Assembly: GCA_002328025.1 (NCBI GenBank)
Contig: DCVE01000014.1
Coordinates: 69,882-133,881 of the forward strand
Reading direction: 5' to 3'
Source: Patescibacteria group bacterium UBA2196
Lineage (GTDB): Bacteria; Patescibacteriota; Patescibacteriia; UBA2196
DNA length: 64,000 nucleotides
The notes under the pieces were generated by a model. It ran no database searches. It was not told the origin of the DNA and worked only from the letters and a program-made list of their open reading frames with translations. Both the position numbers and the translations under genes were made by a program. The first letter of the stretch is position 1. Each line of letters starts with the position of its first letter. This document shows, piece by piece, positions 28,413 to 38,050 of the stretch.

Positions 28413-29540
28413 ATGACTGATATTTTGGATAAAGTTATCTCTTCAGCCGATTTTAAAGAGAAAACAGCCATTTCGTGGATAGAGGTTGTAAATTCTTTAT
28501 TGGCTTTAATTAAGGCGCGTGAGGCCGAAATTTTGCGTTTACGTTCTGGGTTATATGAAAACAAAGAACATACATTGGAAGAAATCGGACGTAAAATGAA
28601 TTTGACTCGCGAACGAGTGCGTCAATTGGAGAAAAACGCCAAGGAAGACATTAAAGCGCATAAAAATTTTGATGGTATTATAGCACCGGCTAAAAATGCG
28701 GTAGAACGGGCTTTAAATGAACATGGTGGTCTCTCCACCAAAGAAAGGATTTTACAGACTGTTCTTATTAATTATGAAATAGAGGACAATAAAAAGTTTT
28801 TGCAATTTTTAATTGATAATTTTATTGATAAAGCGCAAGATGTTAAAAATGATCAGTTTGGTGAGGGGTGGCATTTAAATGCACAATATTTAAATTTGGC
28901 AGCCGAAGTTTTGGAGCAGATTAAAATTTTAATCGAAACTAAAAATAATTTAGTGCAAGAAGATGAATTGCTGGAAAATTTTCAAAAAACAGATTTTTAT
29001 AAAAATAATCAAGATAAATTTTTAAATTTTTTAAGCAAAAACGGTAATGATTTAAGAAAGGTTTTAACTTCTTATTTGGATTTATCGCATGAATTTGACA
29101 AGACCCCCTTTAAACAGTGGGGCAAAGCTGATTGGCGTACTATCACTCCACGCAGAATTAATGATAAAATTTATTCAATTTTGGATTGGTATAAACAACC
29201 AATGCATTTTCGTGATATTGCTGACAAAATTAATGCCGCCAAGTTTGATAAAAAAATCGCACATTCGGCCACCATTCATAATGACCTAATTGCTGACGAA
29301 CGTTTTGTTTTAATTGGACGCGGTGTCTATGCGTTAAAAGATTGGGGTTATAAAAGCGGTGTGGTGGCTGATTTAATTGAACAGATTATTGAAAATGCTG
29401 AACAGCCTTTAAATAAAGAAGAAATTGTTGCTGAGGTTTTAAAACAAAGAGACGTTAAAGCTAACACTGTTTTATTAGCGCTTAATAAAGACGGTCGTTT
29501 TGAAAAGACTATTACTGGCGGATTTAAGATAAAGGCATAA
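28413..29540 (+). CDS. sigma-70 region-4-like HTH domain protein (not a complete sigma factor)
   Basis: ...AREAEILRLRSGLYENKEHTLEEIGRKMNLTRERVRQLEKNA is a textbook sigma70 region 4.2 HTH. No regions 2 or 3 are detectable. A long C-terminal region of unknown function follows. Confidence 0.5.
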   Translation: MTDILDKVISSADFKEKTAISWIEVVNSLLALIKAREAEILRLRSGLYENKEHTLEEIGRKMNLTRERVRQLEKNAKEDIKAHKNFDGIIAPAKNAVERALNEHGGLSTKERILQTVLINYEIEDNKKFLQFLIDNFIDKAQDVKNDQFGEGWHLNAQYLNLAAEVLEQIKILIETKNNLVQEDELLENFQKTDFYKNNQDKFLNFLSKNGNDLRKVLTSYLDLSHEFDKTPFKQWGKADWRTITPRRINDKIYSILDWYKQPMHFRDIADKINAAKFDKKIAHSATIHNDLIADERFVLIGRGVYALKDWGYKSGVVADLIEQIIENAEQPLNKEEIVAEVLKQRDVKANTVLLALNKDGRFEKTITGGFKIKA

Positions 29541-29548
29541 TTTTTTAA

Positions 29549-29592
29549 AAACACCCACTCCAATAATTATTGGGGTAGGTGTTTTTATTTTG
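29549..29592 (+). terminator. rho-independent terminator
   Basis: Hairpin acacccactcc-aataatt-attggggtaggtgt (inner perfect palindrome ccaataattattgg) followed by TTTTTATTTT. Confidence 0.5.
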
Positions 29593-29658
29593 TATATTTT
29601 ATGATATTATGTATTATATATATTCTTTATCCAATTTATAATATAATTCATATTATAT

Positions 29659-31071
29659 ATGGAATTTATTTTGAGTTTATTTAATTTAGACATTGTTAGC
29701 CTATCTGCTTTGGGTGCGCATAATCCTTTTTATCTAATTTGGTTTTTCTTTATTCACGGCGGTTGGGTGCTTTTTATTATCACTTTTATATTTCTTAGCC
29801 CAGTTCTATGGATGGACTGGCGTCAGGGATTGTATGCCAAGACCATTAAGTGGGTTTTTTTAGCCATTGATGTTCCAAGAAATAACGAACAATCACCCAA
29901 GGCAATAGAACAAATTTTTAATCAAATTTGGGGCTCTATAACCGATTATACACTTTGGGCTAAGTTATGGCAGGGTAAATTTATGCCAAGTTTCAGTCTG
30001 GAATTAGTTTCTATTGATGGTTATATACAATATATTATTCGTACACCCAAACAGTGGCGTGATTTAATTGAGTCAGCTGTCTATGCGCAATATCCAGACG
30101 CTGAAATAGCCGAAATTGAAGATTATACCAAAGACTTTACACCAAATAATTTTATAGAAAAAGGTTATGATTTGTGGGGTACGCAATTGCAATTGACCAA
30201 TCTGGAATACTATCCCATTCGAACCTATCCTTTTTTTGAACATTCCATTGCCAAAAAAATAGTTGATCCTATGTCGGCTTTACTCGAAATGATGAGCAAA
30301 TTAGGTCGCGGCGAACAATTGTGGTACCAGATTATAATTAAACCGGTTGGTGATGATGTCTGGAAAATCAATGCTGAAAAATTAGTTAAGAAATTAATTG
30401 GTGCCGAAACCAAAGAAGAAGCCCAGACTATTCTGGATAATATTTTTAGCCGGCTTTATAATACCACTAATTTTTTATTACCCTTGCAAAGCACCGAACA
30501 AAAAAAAGAACAAAAATTACCTTCCAAAGTTCTTTACATGTCGAAGGGTGAGTTGGAAACGGTGGCGGCCATTGAGATGAAAGCTTCCAAGACCGGTTTT
30601 AAGACCAAAATGCGCATGATTTATATTGGCAAAAAAGACGCATTTTTTAAACCACGTGGTTTGTCACCGTTTTTTGGTGCTTTGCGACAATATGCCGGAA
30701 CTAACGGTTTTAAACCAGCCGGTAAAACAGCCACCAAAGCTGAGTATTTTTTTATTAAACCGCGCCTGTTGTATAAACAAAAGAGAATTTTGAAGCACTA
30801 TAAATCACGAGCATTAGATGCGGGGGTCAAAGAAGACGGTTATCTCTTAAATGTGGAAGAATTAGCTTCTGTCTACCACTTTCCTAGTATTGAAGTACCA
30901 ACCAAGATGGTGCACACTTCTTTAAGTAAAAAGGTTCAAGCACCCATGAACATTCCTTTTGATGATTTTTCCGAACCAGAAATTTTTATTAAAAAAGAAC
31001 CCCAGTCTCCAGAGAATGATACAAATAATACTGGATCAACCATGGCTCCGCCTCCAAATTTACCCATTTAA
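29659..31071 (+). CDS. membrane N-module homologous to the N-terminal half of the 21245-23815 ATPase (split-gene partner)
   Basis: TM helices (YLIWFFFIHGGWVLFIITFIFLSPVLW). A soluble domain ends ...VEELASVYHFPSIEVPT...APMNIPFDDF, colinear with ...TEELASVFHFPLPSCETP...APINIPTEG of the fused paralog. Confidence 0.5.
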   Translation: MEFILSLFNLDIVSLSALGAHNPFYLIWFFFIHGGWVLFIITFIFLSPVLWMDWRQGLYAKTIKWVFLAIDVPRNNEQSPKAIEQIFNQIWGSITDYTLWAKLWQGKFMPSFSLELVSIDGYIQYIIRTPKQWRDLIESAVYAQYPDAEIAEIEDYTKDFTPNNFIEKGYDLWGTQLQLTNLEYYPIRTYPFFEHSIAKKIVDPMSALLEMMSKLGRGEQLWYQIIIKPVGDDVWKINAEKLVKKLIGAETKEEAQTILDNIFSRLYNTTNFLLPLQSTEQKKEQKLPSKVLYMSKGELETVAAIEMKASKTGFKTKMRMIYIGKKDAFFKPRGLSPFFGALRQYAGTNGFKPAGKTATKAEYFFIKPRLLYKQKRILKHYKSRALDAGVKEDGYLLNVEELASVYHFPSIEVPTKMVHTSLSKKVQAPMNIPFDDFSEPEIFIKKEPQSPENDTNNTGSTMAPPPNLPI

Positions 31072-31080
31072 TTTTTTTGT

Positions 31081-33036
31081 ATGATTGTCTACGACCACGA
31101 TCATGATCGTGAAATAACATATTTCGCTGCCACAAATTTCCGCAATCAAATGCTAAAATTTGGCATAAAAACCGAAGATCGTCGGAGGCATGTTTATATT
31201 CTTGGTAAAACCGGCAGTGGTAAAACGACTCTGGAAGCCAATATGGCTCTGCAAGATATTGAGCGCGGTCATGGCATGTGTTTGGTGGATCCACATGGTG
31301 ATGTTTTAAATTCTGTTTTGGATTACATTCCATCTCATCGTGTTAATGATGTAATCTATTTTAATCCATCCGATACTGCTTACCCCATTGCTTTTAATAT
31401 TTTAGAAAACATCAATCCTGAACATAAGCATTTGGTGGCTTCTGGTTTAATGAGCGTCTTTAAAAAGATTTGGGCCAATCTGTGGTCGGCGCGTATGGAA
31501 TATATTTTAAATAATTGTATTTTGGCTCTTTTAGATTCACCCGGCAATACATTATTAGGCATTATGCGCATACTTACAGATAAAGATTTCCGTCGTAAAA
31601 TTGTGGATAACATTAAAGATCCAGTGGTTAAATCTTTTTGGGTCAATGAATATGCTAATTATCAGGATCGATTTCGTCAGGAAGCTATTGCGCCAATTCA
31701 AAATAAAGTTGGACAATTTTTATCTTCGGCTGTCATTCGTAACATTGTTGGCCAAACCAAATCTACCATTGAACCCAGAAAAATAATTGATGAGGGAAAA
31801 ATTTTACTGCTTGACTTAGCTAAGGGTAAGATTGGTGAAGACAATTCTTCTTTGTTAGGAGCCATGATGATTACTAAGATTTGGTTGGCTGCCATGTCAC
31901 GTGTGGATGTGCCGGAAAGTGAACGGCTTGATTTTTATTTATACGTGGATGAATTTCAGAATTTTGCCACTGAATCTTTTGCTGACATTTTGTCTGAAGC
32001 CAGAAAATATCGTTTAAATTTAACTGTGGCGCATCAATATATTGCTCAACTTGTTTCGCCAGATTCCACCCGTGTTAAAGATGCGGTTTTTGGCAACGTG
32101 GGTACTATAATTTGTTTTCGTGTTGGCGGCGGCGACGCTAAAGAGTTAATTAAAGAATTTGAACCGACTTTTTTGGAAGAAGATCTAGTTAATATTGGTA
32201 AACACGAAATATTTTTAAAACTAATGATTGATGGTATGGCCTCGGCGCCTTTTAGCGCCAAAACTTTACCGCCACTTTCCACTGGTCGTGAAAATAAAAA
32301 TCGTGAAAAAATTGTTCGTATTTCGCGTGAACGTTATTCTAACACCAAAGAAGAAGTTGAAGAAAAAATTATGCGTTGGTCGGGTGTAGAAGAAATGTTT
32401 AAAGAAACTGCCAAAGCCGAATATGTGGATGAAGAAAAGATGGTCTATAAAGAAGCTGAAATTAAAACCAATAATTCAAGTAATATAAAAAAAATAGCTG
32501 AAACAAAATCTGCGGCAGTACGGGAAGTTCAGACAGATGACAAAAAATATTTGGATGCTTTTTGTGACAATTGCGGTCAACCAACTCGCATTAACTTTTT
32601 ACCAGATTTAAGTAAAGCAATTTTTTGCCGCAATTGCTTGAAAGAATTTAAAAAAGGCAGTATTGATCCACATAAATTAAAATCTAAGAACAGTCATCTT
32701 TTGGACACCGTTAAACAACAACAGATGGGTGCAGCGACAACCTTAATACCCCCAGAAGTGACTATTTTATCCACTCAAAACACAAAAGTCTTGGAAAAAA
32801 GTTTGGTATCTGCTAAAGTTATAACATCCATATCACCTGATCAGGTTTTAACAGCTAAAACCAAAAAGGCAAAAATAAACTTTTTGGACAGTCTAAAATA
32901 TAAGCCGGAAGAAAAAAGTCAACCAACCGTTGACTTAGATGCTTTAAAAGATATAAATCAAGTGGTGCCTTTTAATAAATTTGGAACAAAAAAGGAACCT
33001 CAAAAGATTAATCCCGGGCAGGTGATAAGGTTTTAA
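31081..33036 (+). CDS. TrwB/TraD/VirD4-like (T4CP-like) ATPase, stand-alone, with a C-terminal zinc-ribbon extension
   Basis: Walker A ILGKTGSGKT, then GHGMCLVDPHGD...DVIYFNPSDTAYPIAFNILE. Walker B LYVDEFQNF. SEARKYRLNLTVAHQYIAQL. GNVGTIICFRVGG. The extra ~250-aa tail contains CDNCGQPTRINF...IFCRNCL. Confidence 0.6.
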   Translation: MIVYDHDHDREITYFAATNFRNQMLKFGIKTEDRRRHVYILGKTGSGKTTLEANMALQDIERGHGMCLVDPHGDVLNSVLDYIPSHRVNDVIYFNPSDTAYPIAFNILENINPEHKHLVASGLMSVFKKIWANLWSARMEYILNNCILALLDSPGNTLLGIMRILTDKDFRRKIVDNIKDPVVKSFWVNEYANYQDRFRQEAIAPIQNKVGQFLSSAVIRNIVGQTKSTIEPRKIIDEGKILLLDLAKGKIGEDNSSLLGAMMITKIWLAAMSRVDVPESERLDFYLYVDEFQNFATESFADILSEARKYRLNLTVAHQYIAQLVSPDSTRVKDAVFGNVGTIICFRVGGGDAKELIKEFEPTFLEEDLVNIGKHEIFLKLMIDGMASAPFSAKTLPPLSTGRENKNREKIVRISRERYSNTKEEVEEKIMRWSGVEEMFKETAKAEYVDEEKMVYKEAEIKTNNSSNIKKIAETKSAAVREVQTDDKKYLDAFCDNCGQPTRINFLPDLSKAIFCRNCLKEFKKGSIDPHKLKSKNSHLLDTVKQQQMGAATTLIPPEVTILSTQNTKVLEKSLVSAKVITSISPDQVLTAKTKKAKINFLDSLKYKPEEKSQPTVDLDALKDINQVVPFNKFGTKKEPQKINPGQVIRF

Positions 33037-33044
33037 ATCGTAGT

Positions 33045-34970
33045 ATGCCCAACCTTTTTGTCATTGAAGAAAAACCGCAAAAAATTAAAAATAACAAACT
33101 TGGTTTTTATAATCAGCAAATAAGCAGTGAATCTTTTGATTTTGATTCAAAAAAAGAAGCACTTAAAGTAACCATTAATCAGACCAGAGTGGTTATTTTT
33201 TTTGTTTTTATTATTTTGTTTTTATTAATTTTTATTTATAGAGCTTTTTATTTACAGATTTTAAAAGGGGATTATTGGTATGGTGTCGCCGAGGGTAATA
33301 GAATAAGAATTGAAAAACAAGTGCCGCCGCGGGGTGTAATTTTTGATCGCAATTTAAAATCCCTAGTTAATAATTCGCCAGATTTTATTTTATCTTTCGT
33401 GCCTTTTGATTTGGTTAATGATGCGACAGAAATTAGTCGGATAGTGACTTTTTTACAACAAGAAAAAATAATTTTTTCTGTTGACGAGTTGTATGAAAAG
33501 ATAAAAAAAACTGACCACCAATCCATTGAGCCAGTTGAAATTATTGATCAGATTAGTTACGAACAAGCCTTAAAATTAATGATGCAAATAGAAAATTTTC
33601 CAGCTTTACGTTTGAATTATATTAATAAACGTAATTATATTGATGCACGTTATGGCCTGGCGCACGTTTTGGGTTATATGGGTAAAATGGATGAAAACTC
33701 TTGGCGAAGCATGCAAAAAAAAGATTATCTTTTAATTGATTGGATTGGTAAAAGCGGTTTGGAAAAAGTTTACGAAGAAAAATTACGTGGTGTGGTTGGA
33801 AGAAAAGAAGTTGAAGTTAACGCACGCGGCGAAATCAAAAAAAACATTAGCAATAAAAAAATAGTCAAGGGTAGTAGTTTAATTTTAGGTGTTGATGCAG
33901 ATTTTAATGCTTTTTTGGCTGATAAACTGTGTACAGCGGCCAATTTTTACAGTGCTAAGGCCGCTGCTTTGGCCACTAATCCACAAAATGGCGAGATATT
34001 GGCTCTGGTGTCCTGTCCTATATATAATAATAATTATTTTAATAATACATTACTTTACAAAGCAGAAATTGAAAATTTATTAGGAGATAAAAAACAGCCG
34101 CTTTTTAATCGCGCAGTACAGGGCAAATATCCAGCTGGTTCAATTTTTAAATTAGCGATGGCTGCGGCTGGTTTACAAGAAAAAATAATTACTAAAGACA
34201 CAAAAATAAATTCTACGGGTGGTCTTAGTATTGGACAGTGGTTTTTTCCAGACTGGAAAGCCGGTGGTCACGGCCCAACAAATGTTACCAAGGCTATTGC
34301 TGAATCTGTAAATACCTTTTTTTATTATGTGGGTGGAGGCTTTGGTGACGAATTTGCTGGTTTGGGGTTAGAAAGAATAGTTAGTTATGCCAATAAATTT
34401 TATTTTAATCATACATTAGGCATCGATTTGCCGGCTGAAGCCAGTGGTTTTTTACCCAGCCAAGAGTGGAAAAAGAAAAATACTGGTGAAGATTGGTATA
34501 TTGGCGATACCTACCATCTTTCTATTGGTCAAGGTGATTTAACCGTTACGCCTTTACAAATTTTGGCATTGACCAGTTATTTTGCCAACGGCGGTACATT
34601 GTACCAACCACACCTTTTAAAAGGTTTGATCGATGGTAAAAACATTACCACCTATGTGGAAGCAAAAGTTTTAGCAAAAAATATTATTGATAGCAATAAT
34701 ATTGAACTTGTGCGTCAGGGTATGCGCCAGGCAGTCTTATCCGGTTCGGCCAGCTCATTACAAGATTTACCCGTGACCTCCGCTGCTAAAACTGGGACTG
34801 CTCAATCTGGTAATAACCAACAACCGCATGCTTGGTTTACTGTTTTTGCACCTTTTGAAAATCCAGAAATAGCCATTACAATTTTGATTGAAAATGGCGT
34901 GGAGGGTAGTACCACGGCTTTACCAATCGCCAAAGATGCCTTAAGCTGGTATTTTACGCGACCAAAATAA
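33045..34970 (+). CDS. mrdA: penicillin-binding protein 2 (peptidoglycan D,D-transpeptidase, MrdA/FtsI family)
   Basis: N-terminal TM, dimerisation domain and transpeptidase motifs SIFK (SxxK), SVN and KTGTA. Lies near mreBCD. The symbol is tentative: it could be FtsI-like. Confidence 0.8.
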   Translation: MPNLFVIEEKPQKIKNNKLGFYNQQISSESFDFDSKKEALKVTINQTRVVIFFVFIILFLLIFIYRAFYLQILKGDYWYGVAEGNRIRIEKQVPPRGVIFDRNLKSLVNNSPDFILSFVPFDLVNDATEISRIVTFLQQEKIIFSVDELYEKIKKTDHQSIEPVEIIDQISYEQALKLMMQIENFPALRLNYINKRNYIDARYGLAHVLGYMGKMDENSWRSMQKKDYLLIDWIGKSGLEKVYEEKLRGVVGRKEVEVNARGEIKKNISNKKIVKGSSLILGVDADFNAFLADKLCTAANFYSAKAAALATNPQNGEILALVSCPIYNNNYFNNTLLYKAEIENLLGDKKQPLFNRAVQGKYPAGSIFKLAMAAAGLQEKIITKDTKINSTGGLSIGQWFFPDWKAGGHGPTNVTKAIAESVNTFFYYVGGGFGDEFAGLGLERIVSYANKFYFNHTLGIDLPAEASGFLPSQEWKKKNTGEDWYIGDTYHLSIGQGDLTVTPLQILALTSYFANGGTLYQPHLLKGLIDGKNITTYVEAKVLAKNIIDSNNIELVRQGMRQAVLSGSASSLQDLPVTSAAKTGTAQSGNNQQPHAWFTVFAPFENPEIAITILIENGVEGSTTALPIAKDALSWYFTRPK

Positions 34971-34999
34971 ATTTTTATATTTAATTTCACAAATAAAAA

Positions 35000-35029
35000 T
35001 TGCGATTTTTTAAGTTGGTGTGCTATAAT
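35000..35029 (+). promoter_or_regulatory. promoter with extended -10 (TGcTATAAT)
   Basis: TTGCGA-N18-TATAAT with TGn upstream of the -10, 25 nt before the GH1 gene. Confidence 0.4.
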
Positions 35030-35053
35030 AAAAGCAAATAATGGTTATTTTTT

Positions 35054-36304
35054 ATGTCAAAATTAAAACAAGAACCAAAAAATAAAACTTTAAAATTTCC
35101 CAAAGAGTTTTTATGGGGTACAGCCACCGCCGCTCATCAAATTGAGGGCATTAATATCAATTCTGACTGGTGGCACTGGGAAGAAATTGGCGTCATAAAA
35201 CACAAATCTGGTCAGGCTTGTGATAGTTATCAACGCTACCTAGATGATCACGAAATAATTGAGAAAATAAATAACAACGCATATCGTTTTTCCATTGAGT
35301 GGGCGCGTATAGAACCAGTTTGTGGGCACTTTGATCGTGAGGTTATGCAACATTATTTAGCGGTTGTAGCGGATCTAAAAAAAAGAGGTATTAAAATAAT
35401 GCTGACCTTGCATCATTTTACCAATCCCGAGTGGTTTGCAAATAAGGGAGGGTGGACAAGTATAAAAAGTGCTTGGTATTTTAAACGTTATGTTACCTTT
35501 GTGGCTGAAAATCTTGGTGGTTTGGTTGATTTTTGGGTTACCATTAACGAGCCAGAGGTTTATGCCGACATGTGTTATCATAAAGCCGTTTGGCCGCCAC
35601 AAGAAAAAAATAATAAAAAAGCCTTACGAACTTATTTGAATATGGCTTTGGCCCATCGGTTGGTGTATAATTTTTTACATAAAAAATTAAAAAATCCCCA
35701 GGTGGGTTTTGCTATGAATGTCATATCATTTGCTTCTTATCGTAAGCATCGTCTTTTGGAACTTCTTTATGTGCATTTGGCGGATCGTTTTTTTAATCAT
35801 TCTTTTTATGATTTGACAAAAAATAAACATGACTTTTTAGGTATTAATTATTATTTTCGTGTCCGTTTAAAACAAAGAGATGATAGTTGGTTGCCGGAAA
35901 CTGAAGGCATTACGGAAGGTGAGCGCGATAAATCTGATGTGGGTTGGGTTATTTATCCGCACGGTATTTTTGATGTCTTGATGGATCTATCAGATTTTAA
36001 TCTTCCAATTTATATCACTGAAAACGGCGTGGCTGCCCAAGACGATCGCAAACGTGAAAAATTTATCGTCGACCACTTGGTTGAAATTTACCATGCTCTA
36101 AAAGCCGGAGTGGATGTCAGGGGTTATTTTCACTGGTCACTTTTGGATAATTTTGAATGGGAAAAGGGCTTTGAAGCAAAATTTGGATTGGTTGATGTCG
36201 ATTTAAAAAATTTTAAAAGAACAATTAAACCCAGTGGTGAGCTGTATGCTAAAATTGCCAAAAACAATGCCGTCCTGGGTGAAATGAGAGAGCTGTTTGA
36301 GTAG
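35054..36304 (+). CDS. glycoside hydrolase family 1 beta-glucosidase
   Basis: FLWGTATAAHQIEG N-terminal signature, TINEP (acid/base Glu) and ITENG (nucleophile Glu). Confidence 0.85.
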   Translation: MSKLKQEPKNKTLKFPKEFLWGTATAAHQIEGININSDWWHWEEIGVIKHKSGQACDSYQRYLDDHEIIEKINNNAYRFSIEWARIEPVCGHFDREVMQHYLAVVADLKKRGIKIMLTLHHFTNPEWFANKGGWTSIKSAWYFKRYVTFVAENLGGLVDFWVTINEPEVYADMCYHKAVWPPQEKNNKKALRTYLNMALAHRLVYNFLHKKLKNPQVGFAMNVISFASYRKHRLLELLYVHLADRFFNHSFYDLTKNKHDFLGINYYFRVRLKQRDDSWLPETEGITEGERDKSDVGWVIYPHGIFDVLMDLSDFNLPIYITENGVAAQDDRKREKFIVDHLVEIYHALKAGVDVRGYFHWSLLDNFEWEKGFEAKFGLVDVDLKNFKRTIKPSGELYAKIAKNNAVLGEMRELFE

Positions 36305-36331
36305 AAATTGAAAATTAGAAATTAAATTTTT

Positions 36332-37300
36332 ATGACTTGGCTAATAGTTGCTTTGGTGGCTTATTTTTTAAATGCCATCGCCATGGTTATTGATAAGACT
36401 TTGTTAAAAAAAGGCGGGATTGAAAGTCCGGTTGTCTATACTTTTTATATTGCCGCGCTAGGCTCAGTGTTAATGCTGTTTGTTATTCCTTTTGGTTTTA
36501 GCGTGCCTGCGCCTTTCGTGGTATTAGTTTCTTTAATTGCCGGCGCGGTTTTTGTGTGGGCGCTTATTTTACAGTTTAAAGCTTTAGCTAAGGATGATGC
36601 TACGCGTGTCATTTCTTCTATCGGTGGTCTGGTGCCAGTGTTTGTTTTTATCTTAGCTTGGTTTGTTTTGGAAGAAAATTTTTCTAGGTATGAATTTTGT
36701 GGTGGCATTCTTTTGGTCGCCGGTTCATTTCTAATCTCTTTGGATTTTCACGAACGTGGTGGTGCCTGGACCTGGTTAAAGAAAAAAATGGGCTATACAA
36801 AATTTGCTCTCCCACACATTCGTCAGACTTTATGGCTAGCTTTGCCTTCCGCATTGCTTTATGCCATTTCCAGCATCTTGACGAAATTTGTTTATAACAA
36901 TACAACTTTTTTGAATGGTTTTATTTGGACGCGGCTAGGTTCTTTATTGGCAGTTTTATCACTTTTGTTAATTGCTAAAAATCGTCACGACATCAAAAGC
37001 AGCTTGCAGAAAGGTAAGCAAAACAATAGCAATCAAAAAAATCAACGTTTTCGTTTTCTATTCGGTCAAGCCTGTGGTGGATCTTCGGCGCTTCTGCAAC
37101 AGTATGCCATTTTTTTGGGCTCGGTAGTTTTAGTCAATGCTTTGCAAGGCACTCAGTATGCTTTTGTTTTTGTGTTAGTTATTATCTTAACTTTATTCGC
37201 GCCAAAATTGCTAAAAGAAAAAATTACCCAAGAAATTGTTATCCAAAAAATTATTTCTATTATTTTAATTGCAGTTGGTTTGTATTTAGTGACAGTCTAG
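36332..37300 (+). CDS. polytopic membrane protein, DMT/EamA-like
   Basis: About 10 predicted TM helices in two halves. No catalytic motifs. The family call is weak. Confidence 0.35.
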   Translation: MTWLIVALVAYFLNAIAMVIDKTLLKKGGIESPVVYTFYIAALGSVLMLFVIPFGFSVPAPFVVLVSLIAGAVFVWALILQFKALAKDDATRVISSIGGLVPVFVFILAWFVLEENFSRYEFCGGILLVAGSFLISLDFHERGGAWTWLKKKMGYTKFALPHIRQTLWLALPSALLYAISSILTKFVYNNTTFLNGFIWTRLGSLLAVLSLLLIAKNRHDIKSSLQKGKQNNSNQKNQRFRFLFGQACGGSSALLQQYAIFLGSVVLVNALQGTQYAFVFVLVIILTLFAPKLLKEKITQEIVIQKIISIILIAVGLYLVTV

Positions 37301-37312
37301 GTTTTATTTCTT

Positions 37313-38044
37313 ATGAACTATCAAAATCCAAAGACCTCAATTATTATTAGAACTAGAAATGAAGATAATACTTTTGAAGAAGTTTTGTCTTGTATAGAAA
37401 AACAAACGTATCAAGATTTTGAAATTATTGTTGTAGATGATAATTCAACGGATAAAACACAGCAAATTGCTAAAGAACACGACTGTAAAATTGTGCTGAT
37501 ACCAGAAGGAAAATTTTCACACCCATACTCATGCAACTTGGGCGCTCAAAATGCACAAGGTAAATATCTGGTGTATCTTAATGGTCACGCACTGCCAATT
37601 TCTGACACCTGGTTGGCTGATGGTTTAAAAAATTTTAAAGATAAAAAAATAGCTGGCATCTATGCTTTTGTTATAGCCAGAAAAAATAGTACTTTAGCTG
37701 ATAAGATACTTTATGATGTTGTGGGTAGAACCATTGGTGCATTAAAATTTAAAGCCAATAAAAAAATGACTGGTGTTCTAGGCACAACCAACGCCATTAT
37801 TAGGAAAGATTTATGGAATCAATATCATTTCAATGAAAAATTTAATAGCGGTTGGGGCGGTGAAGACACAAATTGGGCCCGATATTTTATGGAACGTGGA
37901 TATTGTATAGTTCACGAACCAAAGTTTAGAGTTAGGCATTCACACAATTTAAGCTGGAAAGATTTTTTTTGGCAATTAAAAAATTGGCTAAAAATGGCTT
38001 ATCCGGTTCTTGGTATTCCTGAGAAACAAAGAAAGAATGTATAA
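37313..38044 (+). CDS. family 2 glycosyltransferase
   Basis: ...IIIRTRNE...FEIIVVDDNSTDKT (GT-A fold DxD region). Confidence 0.7.
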   Translation: MNYQNPKTSIIIRTRNEDNTFEEVLSCIEKQTYQDFEIIVVDDNSTDKTQQIAKEHDCKIVLIPEGKFSHPYSCNLGAQNAQGKYLVYLNGHALPISDTWLADGLKNFKDKKIAGIYAFVIARKNSTLADKILYDVVGRTIGALKFKANKKMTGVLGTTNAIIRKDLWNQYHFNEKFNSGWGGEDTNWARYFMERGYCIVHEPKFRVRHSHNLSWKDFFWQLKNWLKMAYPVLGIPEKQRKNV

Positions 38045-38050
38045 AAAGCA

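Noticed and set aside
36301-36331. Possible third copy of the intergenic repeat (gaaattgaaaattagaaattaaa)
   Set aside because: Only ~25 nt of loose similarity to the tail of copy B in AT-rich sequence. This is consistent with chance.
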